44,225 nucleotides of DNA. It comes from Psammoneis japonica (lineage: Eukaryota). Below are positions 1 through 11,011 of this stretch, piece by piece; positions within the stretch are counted from its first letter, which is position 1; the number at the start of each line of letters is the position of its first letter. The stretch is taken from positions 248,001 to 292,225 of the forward strand of contig QPGO01000102.1 of assembly GCA_008632985.1 (NCBI GenBank), written 5' to 3'. The position numbers were made by a program, and so were the translations under genes. The notes under the pieces were generated by a model. That model had not been told where the DNA came from. It saw only the letters and a program-made list of their open reading frames with translations, and did no database searches.

Positions 1-686
1 GTAGTACGAGGACAGACTGTCCGTGACTGAGCACGCGGGTTTGATGACTCGAAAAAGATCTGCAAAATTGGCGCGCCGGAATTCTCCGGTCATCAATCTC
101 AGAATCGACGAAAAGAAGGCGAGAGTCGCATCGAGCTGCTCTGTGTTGTGACTGATCTTTGAAAGGTAAGCCTTTATCTCTGTTCATATCAATATCTTGT
201 GTTGCTTATACTATGAGTATGATTCTCACTTCTCATGTTTGGTTTGTCGTCGTGTCGATCGTTTGGACGCAAGAGTCGACTCTATCGGCACACGAGGTGC
301 GTCGGACGTCAAGAGACTCCTCATGACAGCATCATACCCGCAGCGTTATCACTAGGTGAGTATTGAATCGACACAATGCTATTCTTCAATTTCCTATTTA
401 TAAAATGTATTGCTCATTGACTGTTTTGTTCCTTGTTGATTGTTGGTTCGATGTCGTTCAGCCCTGAAGAACGAACGAATTGCAATAACACGCATACACT
501 GCACTCGGCTCGGCATTGGTGGCTGTGTACCAATTGCTATCATTCGACACAGTGAGCACTCAATCACACCATTGTTCATACTGAACTCTTTTGTTTCTGA
601 TGCACTTCCAACCATTCGTCGTTTGCTGTTGTGATGCCGAAGGAGTCGCACGTGTTTCGTATTGCAGCTAAATATGTCGCATCACC

Positions 687-3377
687 ATGCCTCCCAAGCA
701 ACACAAGAATCTTGACAAAGGACAAAAGACCATTGGCACCTTTTTCAGTCCCCGTGCCATGGCTAATGCGGCAGCTGGCATCACAAGCAAGTTCAAGACA
801 ACTGCCAGAACTCCTGCCATTGCGCTACCACTGAAACGAAAAGCAGCTGATGCACCGGCCGGAAAAAAGTCCAAAATGCCCAAATATACCGTGCAATCCA
901 CACTGCCAATCGGAAGTTTTTTTCAGAGTCCACTACCCGCTCCTTCTCTCAAGACGCCTTCTGCTATTGTTGCGGACCATCGTCCTACTGGCGACGAATC
1001 ATCTACAGAGAATGCCGACACTACCGGTGCACATGGTGCTACCAAGTCCGATGGCGAGACTGAATCAGCTACCAGCCCATCTGACTCCATTGTTGCTACA
1101 AATGGATTGTCGTTGGACGAAGCTCTAAAAGAAGCAACCGAGAATGGCAGCAACGAGGACGACAAATCGTGTGTTCAGGAAGACAATGAGTCCGGCAGCT
1201 ACACCCATGGCAAAGAGATGCCACACAACGAAAAGGACTTTTACAAGCGATTGATCATGCCAACGTTTAGCTCCAACGTGGCCAGAGAAACTGCCAAGCC
1301 GCATTGTGAAGCCATGGTGGCAATTGCTGAAAAACACCACTTCATTGAACGTCCAGACGGGCATTGTTCGGACCAAATGCTCACCCGAGCTGTCACCAAG
1401 AGCCCTGGTGTTTATGGTGTTCAAAAGGATGCACTGGTAAAGATTGGTGCAAGCAGCAACATGCACAACCGTCGCAACATTTCAAAAGATATCGAGCAAC
1501 ACGACCAATTTCGTGTCATGATCAATCTCAACTGCACCGACGCCGACTTTGATGCAGAGATGCAAGTAGTTTACCGGAACTTTATTGATGCTATTGACAA
1601 AGCTGATGGATTGAGCGAGTTTCAGCATTTTTTTTTCATCGAGCTGTTGCGAGACCGGCATGGGGAAAGCCTGGGACCCAAGAAAATGATTTGGTTATTG
1701 ATGTTGGAATTCGGCCTGCAACAGAGAGAGAATCTTCCGGCGCCGTTTGAGTGTATGATGCACAAGGAATCTGTTGCGCAACTCTATTATGATTTGGCGG
1801 AATCAAGCTGTAACTCGGTCACCAATCATCTTTCCAAGATCATTGGTTGTGCAAGGGAGAATCCGTCGCTTCCATTCGTTTTCGCCATCTCTAGTTGGAA
1901 GACTGGACACGATGGTTTGTCCAGCAAGATCTTGGCCACCCTTTGCATTGTTTTGCACGAGCATCTACAATGTGATGCGCTCCCTTGTCCAGCGGTCCAC
2001 AACGCCGTGACTGCTGAAGAGAAGCACTCGACAGCGTACACGGACCAACAGAAGGCTGCCGCTCGGCTTGTCTTGTGCTGCCACATGCAACACCTGATCG
2101 AGTCACCGTTTGGAGTTGTGTTCCTGGACTCGAACAACTTGATGCTTCGTGATGACCCCAATTTCCATCGGAGCGCAGCTCAGGTTCTTGAGGACCATGG
2201 CTTTCGAGAGGTCGAATGCATCCCATTTGGCGAGATTCGTCTGTTTTTGGATGAGAGCAAGCTTCGCGCAGTTTTCTTGCACAAGCCACTGTGCATTGCG
2301 AGCGACAGTCGGGTGTGTGTTCCAATGATGTTTCGTGTTCGGCATGCATTGTCGCTGTCAGTTCTCTGTGACGTTGCTCGAGTGCTTCGGGGCGACGAAC
2401 TTCTGAACCCAAGTGTCAAGTTTGCAATCCCATCAATGGCATTCTTGGGTTCCAGGTGGGTCGACTCGGTCTTCATCAAAATCTTTTTGTGTGTTCAGCC
2501 ATTAGCAAGGATTGTTTCTCTGGAGCTGAAACGAATGCATTGATTGAGAATGACCTTGCGAAAACGGTTGGAGAAGACGCGCCTGTTTCAAAGATGGTTC
2601 GCGTAGAGTGCTCGGCAAGGTGAGTCCATCTGCTTTGTTCTTTTGCATCATTGCATCCTGCTGACAGCAGCCTCTTCGTGCCATCCTCTGTTGCCAAGTG
2701 GCAAGAAACGTGCAGCAGATGCATTGCGTCCTGTTGATCGAGTCTTGCTGCACCAGTTCCGCTCTGTCATTGGCCATGCTCAGCAAGGTGAGGAAGAGCA
2801 AATGCATCTCAAGATGTGTGAGCTTGCCAAGAAGGGTCCAGGCGGCACAACTGCGGACAAGAAAACGTTCAACTGTAGACTCAAAGAGACCATCATGAAC
2901 CAAGCCATTCCTGGTTCGGCTTTGGCACTGCACCTCATTTCTCTGCATGAGCGACATGCGAACAACACGGGCAATCGTCAATCTGGACCTGGCAAGGGTG
3001 AGAGCAGAGCTGAGGTTGCAGACAACGATGCAATGGTGAAGGATCTTGTGGATGCTTGCCAACCCACTGCAAGTGGCAAGCCTGGACTGGCATTCTGGGC
3101 AAAGGAGGCAAGCAGAGAATGCTTTGTAGAGCCAACGGGGCGCTCGTTGTCGGATTGCGGGGACCATCTTTTTCCTGGCGACAGCTACAATGAAGTTGCA
3201 GGCATGACATGTGAAGGCATTAGAGAGCATTGCAAGTCTTGCCGAACGTTCAAGGGAAACGCCAATTCTGTCACTTTTGAGCGGCATCCTCATTTGGACA
3301 TCAAAAGGGTGAAATGCAAGAGGGACAAGAGACGCAAGGTCAGAGTCACTGTGGGTGAATGCAGGGTGGAGTTGTGA
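687..3377 (+). CDS. Multi-copy gene of unknown function with a GIY-YIG/T5orf172-like motif; 3' half TpA-mutated, possibly pseudogenising
   Basis: 618-aa ORF 687-2543 plus a continuing ORF 2643-3377. Intron-like GTGAGT...CTGACAG at ~2620-2670; exact splice/frameshift structure unresolved. PGVYGV...VKIGASSNMHNR resembles a GIY-YIG/T5orf172 signature (my recognition, not a database hit). Degenerate copies at 7230-9745. Confidence 0.5.
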
Positions 3378-4113
3378 ACGGACATGTGTTGTGTCAATTT
3401 GTGTTCAGTGATTGCCAAAGCTGAGCATGACTTCTTTGATTGGAGCAAAAGTTGCCGTGCTGGGAAAGAAGCCCCATTTGGTTGTTGAGCTTGTGTTTGG
3501 TGATCCTCGTGAATACGAAAAAGGTGCTGCAGCACAGTGGGGTGTTGCAGACTCTGCTGCAGAGAAGTGGGCCATGCTGCAGACATTTGATTGATCCTCG
3601 TGAATGCAGACAAAGCAATTTCATTTGATCTTCATTGTGCCGTGTGCAGCAGTTGGCTGTGCATTTGCTCAGTGGAAAGGATGCATTTCTGATTTGAAGT
3701 TTTGTCCTTTTTTCATGTCTCGCTGTGTGGAGGTGCGCAATCTTTGCTGTCAAAAATTGCGTTTCAAGCAGCTGTGCTTTTGCAAGAAGAAATTGATGCC
3801 TGTGCAGTGCTTTTGCAACTTTCGAAACATCGCCTTGCGACAAACGTGCCGGTGCAGCAATTGCAAACACTCCATCAGAGTCATCGTGACGGGATGCTCA
3901 TTGTTTTCTCAAGCGCTCCAGACACAACACACACATTTTTCACGAAGTGACAATGAAGCTGGAGACGCTGTTTCATCACGGTTGATTCCTCATGCAAGGT
4001 GAGATGCTCGTGAGATCATCCCCATTTGTGCAAATGATGTGTGCGCACAAGCTCTGTCTTGACATGTGCTGACAGTGTGTCTTTCTGCTTTTTTCTCTCC
4101 GCTTGTCTCAGCG

Positions 4114-4290
4114 CAGTTGCTTTTGATTGTGTCTCTCATCTTGTCCAAGGTGGAGTCTTCTCTTGGTTTCCGAAAGCTTCAGATCTGTGGACAAGGGCCA
4201 GAATGACTCCCTCCTTGCCAATCCAGGATTGTCGCCAGCAAGTCCCCAGCTTGTGTGACGAAGTGTCGGCAAGTTGCAACAATTGAAGAC
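4114..4290. repeat. Degenerate dispersed repeat, copy A (partner at 17838-18012)
   Basis: CAGTTGCTTTTGA...TCTTGTCCAAGGTG...GTCTTCT...GATCTG collinear with 17838 onward. Confidence 0.6.
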
Positions 4291-6423
4291 CCATCTCAGA
4301 CAAGTGGAGCACATCAAGACAGCTTCAAGACTCACCAACTGGAGCGCAGCAGCGTGAAATCAAAGTTCTCCAAATCTTTTTCATCTCAAGTGATGGCAAA
4401 GAGGCTGTCAGATGCAAAACACAAACAGCACATGTGCTGCATCAATGGTGATGGGATCTAAAAAGGGAGCTGTTTTGGCATGGGAAAAGGCTGGCAGAGC
4501 AAAGGTCAACATGATGAGCTCAAAGCATGGGCGCCACATGGAAGGTGTCAGAGCAAAGGTTGACAGGATGCGCTCAAAATGCAAGCACTGAATGGAAGGT
4601 GGCAAGGCTGGCAGATCAAGTGGAGAGAGTGGTTTGAAGCACAAGAGCAACTCGCCTGTTGCTGAAAAAAGTGAAAAGAGCAAGAAATGTTGCTCCCAGC
4701 TGGGAGGTCTGCAAAGGAGAAATGTGCTTGTTGTTGTGGTGCTTGGCCCGGTTGTGCATTTTTTTTTGTTGTGCGCATGCATCGCACATCATTGAGCTCT
4801 GTCGTGTGTCGGCAACGGCGCTTTTTGTTTTGCACACGCATGGTCTGGGGCAGTGGAAGGACGCAGAAAACCAAGGCAAGGGAAGCGAGTGAGCCAAAAA
4901 CAAGGAAGGATGGCAGGATTTGGATTGCATCACAAAAAACAGCAGTGGCATCATCATCTCATCAAGCGATGTGCACTGCCTGTCTTCCTTCAGCATTGCG
5001 GTTGCCTGCCCAGCGCACTTGTGCATGTTCTCACCATCAATCTGATTTGTTGAGCCAGTGCTGCAGTGGCCAAGCTGCTGCATGAGCAAGACTCTGAAAT
5101 GACACACCAAGAAGTGACAACCCAATTTTCTCATGGCGCCCATTTTCTTTTTTGTGGATTGTTGTCTAAATGATGATTGCACCACATCTGGCGGGCATTG
5201 AACGCGCGCTCTTTTGAGCTTTTGTGGTCTCTCCAGCAGCACCCCATTTTTTGCCCACATTGTTCTCTTGTGCTCTTTGTTCTTTTCTTCAGATTGAGAC
5301 CATGATGGGAGAAATCATGCATCTTGCCTTGTTGGTGGACAAGGCAAAATGACTGCTGTTGAGTCTCAGCATGCTTTTCACTGTGTGATGGCATTTGGGC
5401 TCTTTGGCTTTGAAGGTCAGTGTTTCACGCAGGCACTGCAGCAACACACAATGGACCATGGCATCATGGCAACAATTCCTTTTGGTGGCTTGACACAGAG
5501 AGACATCCTTTTCTGCCAGAGTTGCCAGTCTGTGGTCATTGGTGAGAACGAGCGGCATTGAAGAGAACAATCTCTCCATCTGCCAGCTGCTGGTGCATTG
5601 TAGATTGCTGTGTTTGTGTTGTTGGCAAGCAGCAGCACACCATTTCACTCTCAGCATCATTTCATCATTTTAGTCACCATTTGTCTCACACTCAGTCCAC
5701 TCTGTTTTTGCTGACAATGTCAGATTGGATGAAATCAACATGCAGAGGGGAGACGTCATGCATCATGCACTGTGCCTCATGGACTGCAAAATGGTTGCCA
5801 TGTCATCATCAGTGACAAGAAAAGCCGCGCTGCACAATGATGTCAACGAGCGGCACTGCTGATCAGAGTGGTGTCTCAATTTCTCATTTCTGCATCTTGC
5901 TGTGCCATCGGATCTGCAGATTGTCATGCACATGGATGAGTCTCAACACAATTCATCACTGTGTTCTTGCCTCACTCTTGGACTCTTCTTCATTCTGAAC
6001 TCATCATGCCAGCATTTGGCAGAATCATCATGATGTGATGAACGCTTTGCAAGTCACAAGTGATGATGTTTCAGAGTTTGCTGTTTGTGCAGCATGGCAT
6101 TGATTTGTTTCCTGTTCAGCATTTTGCAGCAGAAGGACCGGCATGCATCACAAATGAAACACTCAAAAAATGGCATGGCAGCAACACTGCAAATCTTTCT
6201 GTCATGGGCATCTCATGCTGTTTGCTTTGTTTGCATTTTGCACACATGCCGTTGCTTGCGTGCTGGTGTGCTTTGAGACGTGCTGCTTGCTTTGATTGAC
6301 ACATCATTGCTCTTCTTTGAATGTGGTGAGCATGCAACATGTGATGAATCACAAGGATGACAAACAAATTTGTGCATCTGGCCAGCACTCTTTCTTCTCT
6401 TTTTTGCAGACAACCAATGATTC

Positions 6424-6508
6424 TGGTCCAAGTCTGTCCTCCAAGAATGCCACTCTGACTGAAGCGCTGTGTGTGTTGATGGTGGTCCAAGTCTGTCCTC
6501 CAAGAATG
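6424..6508. repeat. 26-bp direct repeat, period 59
   Basis: TGGTCCAAGTCTGTCCTCCAAGAATG at 6424 and 6483. Confidence 0.85.
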
Positions 6509-7229
6509 GTGCTCTGACCAAAGCATTGTGCATGTTGAAGATTTTGACAATCTTTCCCATCAAGGCAGTGTCTGATTTTTGTTTCTTGTGGCACTCGGAT
6601 CTGCGGTGAAAGGAGGGGAATGACTTGTGCCTTGTCAATCTGGGGCTGTCATCATTGAGTCAATGCTTTGTGGTGACAAGTGTTGGCAAGCTGCAGGAAC
6701 TTGAGAAGACCTCAAGACTTGCTGCCTCAAGACACACCTCTGCATGCCCTGCTTCTGTGTGGCAAAGTTTCAGAGATTTGGCACTGTCCGGCTCACACAT
6801 GGGGGGCATTGCTGATTTTGGCATTTGCTTCATTTGCTTGAGCTTTGCATCTCATTTGGCTGCCTCAATGCAGACAACAATGCAGCACCATGTTGTGGGC
6901 AATGAAAGACTGGCCACATGAAGAGAGGTGCTGATGCACACTCTCAAGCTCCCAAAACATTCATTGAGAAAAAGCGCGCAGAGCGCAACTGCGCAACAAG
7001 CAATTGTTCCCAACACACCAACGTGCTTTGTGCAACAAATCATTTTGACCATTGAGATGTTTTGCTGGCCTGCATTCATCAGGAAAAAGGAAGTTGACAA
7101 ACAACCATGTGTGGCTGGTGGCTGGAAAGTGCACAACAAGAGCTTTCAACTGATGCGCACACCTGAAAATCAACCATTTGAGCTGTTTTGAGCTCCATCA
7201 GCACCTTTTCATGTGGCCAGTCTCAAGTC

Positions 7230-7520
7230 AACTTCGTTGATGCTTTTTACAAAGCTGAGGGATTGAGCGAGTTTCAACATTTTTTTTCATTGAGCTGTTG
7301 CTTGCAAGACCACCTTGGGAAAAACCTGGGACCCAAAAAATGACTTGGTTGTTGATGTTGGAATTTGGCCTGCTGCAACAGAGAGAGAATCTTCCTGTGC
7401 CATTTGAGTGCATGATGCACAAGGAATCTGTTGCACAACTGCACTGTGATTTGGCACAATCAAGCTGCAGCTCAGTCATCAACTCATCTTTCTAAGATCA
7501 TCCATCACGCAAATGAGAAC
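7230..7520 (+). pseudogene. Degenerate fragment of the 687 gene (matches ~1580-1860)
   Basis: GGATTGAGCGAGTTTCA...GATGTTGGAATT...CACAAGGAATCTGTTGC shared; translation WLLMLEFGL..QRENLP.PFECMMHKESVAQL. Confidence 0.9.
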
Positions 7521-7549
7521 CTGTTGATTCATTTGTTTTTCCCATCTGC

Positions 7550-7815
7550 CAATTGGGGGCTTTTCCAGAGTCCACTGCCTGCTCCTGCTCTCAAGATGCA
7601 CTCTGTTGTGATTGCCAACAACCCTGCAATTTTGCCATGTTGCTGCCAAGTCCAACAGCAAGACTGAATGAGCTGCCAGCCCATCTGACTCCATTGTTGC
7701 TGCAAACAGATTGTCGTTGGGTGCAGCTCTAAAAAATGCAACCATGAATGGCGGCAATGCCAGCAGTTGTGAGAACAATTGACCACACATTCAAGAAGAC
7801 AATGAGTCTGACAGC
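7550..7815 (+). pseudogene. Degenerate fragment of the 687 gene (matches ~905-1200, with an internal deletion)
   Basis: CAGAGTCCACTgCCtGCTCC and CCAGCCCATCTGACTCCATTGTTGCTgCA; the source copy has TA at these g positions. Confidence 0.9.
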
Positions 7816-7854
7816 AATGTCCACAGCAATGAGAGCCAATGCCAGACCATTTTC

Positions 7855-9745
7855 AAGATGCCACACAACAAAAAGGACTTCTACAAGCAAATGATCATGC
7901 CAACATTCAGCTCCAACATGGCCCAAGAAACTGCCAAGCTGCGCTGCAAAGCCATGGCAGCATGCGCTGAAAAGTGCCATGTCATTGAGCATCCACCAGA
8001 CGGGTGCTGTTTGGACCAAATGTCCACCTGAGCTGTTGCCAAGAGTCCTGGCATTTACGGGGTGCTCAAAAGGATGCACTGGAAAAGGTTGGAGCAAGCA
8101 GCATCATGCACAACTGCTGCAACCTTTCAAAAGATGTCAAGCAATGCAGCCAATTTTGTGTCATGGCCAATCTTGATTGCACCAACACTGACTTTGATGC
8201 AGAGATGCAAGTTGTTCACAGAGACTTTCTTGATGCTCTCTGTGAAGCTGAGGGATTGAGTGATTTTTTTTCATCAAGCTGTTGCAAGACCACCACGGGG
8301 AAAACCTGGGGCCCAAAAAATGCTTTGGTTGTTGATGCTGGAGCTTGGCGTGCAACAGTGAGAGAATTTTCCTGCACCATTTGAGTGCATGATGCACACA
8401 AGGAAACCATTGCACAACTCCTCCATTGCAATTTGGTGGAATCAAACTGCAGCTTGGTCACCAATCATCTTTCCAAGATTGTCAGTTGTGCAAATGAGAA
8501 CCTGTCACTTCCACTCATTTTTGCCATCTCCAGCTAGAAGACCAGAGACATGGTGGCTCACCCAGCAATGTCTTGAGACCCCTTTGCATCATTTTGCATG
8601 AGCATCTGCAATGTGATGCACTCCCTCATCCAGCAGTCCACAGCGCTGCAACTGCCAAAGAGAAGTGCTTGACGGCAGCATGCATGGACCAACAAAAGGC
8701 CACCAATCAGCCAGTCTTGTGCTGCCACATGCAATGCCTGACTGAACCACCCTTTTGGAGCTGCACTCTTGGACTTGAGCAACTTGACATTTGATGACAA
8801 CCCCAATTTCCATCGGGGTGCAGCTCAGGTTCTTGAGAACCATGGCTTTCGACAGGTCAAATGTGTGCCCTGTTTGGCAAGATTCATCTGTTTTTGGATG
8901 CAAGCAAGCTTTGCACAATTTTCTTGCACAAACCACCGTGCATTGCAAGCAACAGTCAGGCATGCATTCCCATGATGTTTTGTGTTCACTGTGTGTTGTC
9001 ACTGTCAGCACTCCACAATGTTGCTTGAGTGTTGGCTGAGCCTTGCTGCACACCAGCTCTGGCCACTCCATCATTTGCCATGCTCAGCAAGGCAAGGAAG
9101 AGCAAACGCATCTTGAGATGCACAAGCTTGCCAAAAAGGGTTGGGCAGCACAGCTGTTGACAAAAAGACTTTCAGCTGCAGACTCAAAGAGATCATCAGC
9201 CAATCCATTCCTGGCCCAGCTTTGGTGCTGCACCTCATTTCTCTTCATGACCAACATGGGAAAAAACAGGGGCAACGACACTCTGGACCTGGCGTGGGTG
9301 AAGCCAGAGAAGAGGTTGCAGAGAATGATTCAAAGGGAAGAATCTTGTGGATGCTTGCCAACCCACTGCAAGTGGCGAGTCTGAGTGCACATTTTGGGCA
9401 AAGGAGACAAGCAACAATGCTTTGCAGAACCAACGGCCCGGAGCACTCATTTTGTCTGATTGCTGGGGCCATCTTTTTCCTGGCAACAGCTGCAATGAAG
9501 TTGCTGGCATGGTGCATGAAGGCATCAAAGAGTGTTCCAAGGCTTGCCAAACATTCAAAGGAAACTTCAATTCCATCACTTGTGATTGGCACCCTCATTT
9601 GCACATCAAGAAGGTGAGGTGCAACATGGGCAAGAGACAGGAGGTCCAAGTCACTGTGGGTGGAATGCACGGGGGAATCATGAGCTGATGTGTGTGTTGT
9701 GTCAATTTGCACTCAGTGATGGCCAAAGCTCAGTGTGACTTCTTT
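7855..9745 (+). pseudogene. Long degenerate copy of the 687 gene (matches ~1215-3437, lacking ~2390-2740)
   Basis: Collinear from GATGCCACACAAC..AAAAGGACTT to GCCAAAGCT...GACTTCTTT, with many frameshifts and TA->TG/CA and CG->TG/CA changes. Confidence 0.9.
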
Positions 9746-9819
9746 GCACCATGGAGTGCCTGTGCAAGCAGCAGAAGGAAGCCACCAGAATGGCAAGGCT
9801 TGTTGGAGCTGGCGCATGT

Positions 9820-10093
9820 TGACAGGATTTGAACAGGATTTGGGTGCGCGCAAAATGTCGCGCGCTGTTCAGTTTGCCGCGCACAGTTTTGTGTGCTTCA
9901 GTTCCGCGCGTTCGCACGATGTAGTTTGCTTTCGAGCCACAAGGCTCACAAGAACAACAACAGTGGCCCGATTGTGCTGACTTGCACATCTTTCGGCTCC
10001 TGCAACGGTCTCTGAGCGGAGACTCATCTGCCATTTAGACAGCAGCAAGGAGTTGTTGTTTGAATTCTTGCCATTTGCCTTCAATTTCTGTCA
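9820..10093 (+). repeat. 5' LTR
   Basis: Direct repeat of 16618-16893; TG...CA termini. Confidence 0.97.
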
Positions 10094-10899
10094 GATTGAC
10101 AGTCTTGCTCATTGTCAACCCATTGAGCAACCGCCATCGTCATCGTTGATTTGCCGACGATGCCACCTCAATTCTGCGTGGACCTCCGTGTGTGTTCTAC
10201 GTGCATCGGCAAGTCTGCGCACATTCAACACCAGGCATCGGCAGGAATTTAACGTCGCCATCAAGTCTCCTCACCGCTGGACATCTGGATTGATTGCACT
10301 GCCTTTTGTCGCTGAAGACATGCGCTCAACGGTCATGTCCAAGTCTGTCCTTGATCCTCATCCCTTGATGCACCCATTCAACGGTTGACGGTCAAGAACC
10401 CTGCATTTTCAAGGATCTTCATCGCTGAAGACACACATGTGCACATGTCTTCACGGCCAAGAACTTGCACCCACTCTTTGGACTCTACAAGCACACCGAG
10501 TCTGTTGTGCCTGATCCACCCCGGACCACTGGTGCTCTGCAGTTCTGCTGGGTCCACGAGGACGACTGTGAGAGCAAGCAGCAGTGATTGCAGCCTGCGT
10601 TGGGGCGAGGGTGTTTTCCCGCGTTTGTTCGTTCGTCCACAGCGCCCAACGCCTGCGTCAACTGGCCAGCCTGATGGGAAATCCAACCGATGTAAAATGA
10701 GAATGGTTCCGGGGTCTTGTCCACCTCCAGTCAGCTTGCCTGCAGGGGTTTGCAACCCGCTGCTCCACTCGCAAGCAACCCAAAGCGCAGCTGGCTGTGG
10801 GCTCGGACGTGCCGGCACAACTCTCAGGGCCGGATGGGAAGTTTGGCACTTGACAACGAACGGGATGACACAGCCCGGCAACTTCTGATTTTAAGACAG

Positions 10900-10960
10900 T
10901 TCAAGATTTCAAGTCAAGTCTGTTTCAAGTCAAGTCTGTTCTCACCCAAGTTTCAAGTCT
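10900..10960 (+). repeat. TTTCAAGTCAAGTC short repeats in the retrotransposon leader
   Basis: TTCAAG/TCAAGTC units repeated several times just upstream of gag. Confidence 0.7.
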
Positions 10961-11011
10961 GCCTTCGCGTCCCAACCAGAATCGCTTGTTCTGACACCGC
11001 TTTTGTCTGCC

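Noticed and set aside
3394..7200. Numerous 60-210 aa ORFs as genes
   Set aside because: Overlapping in all frames, Tyr-free and without recognisable motifs; explained by loss of TAA/TAG stops.
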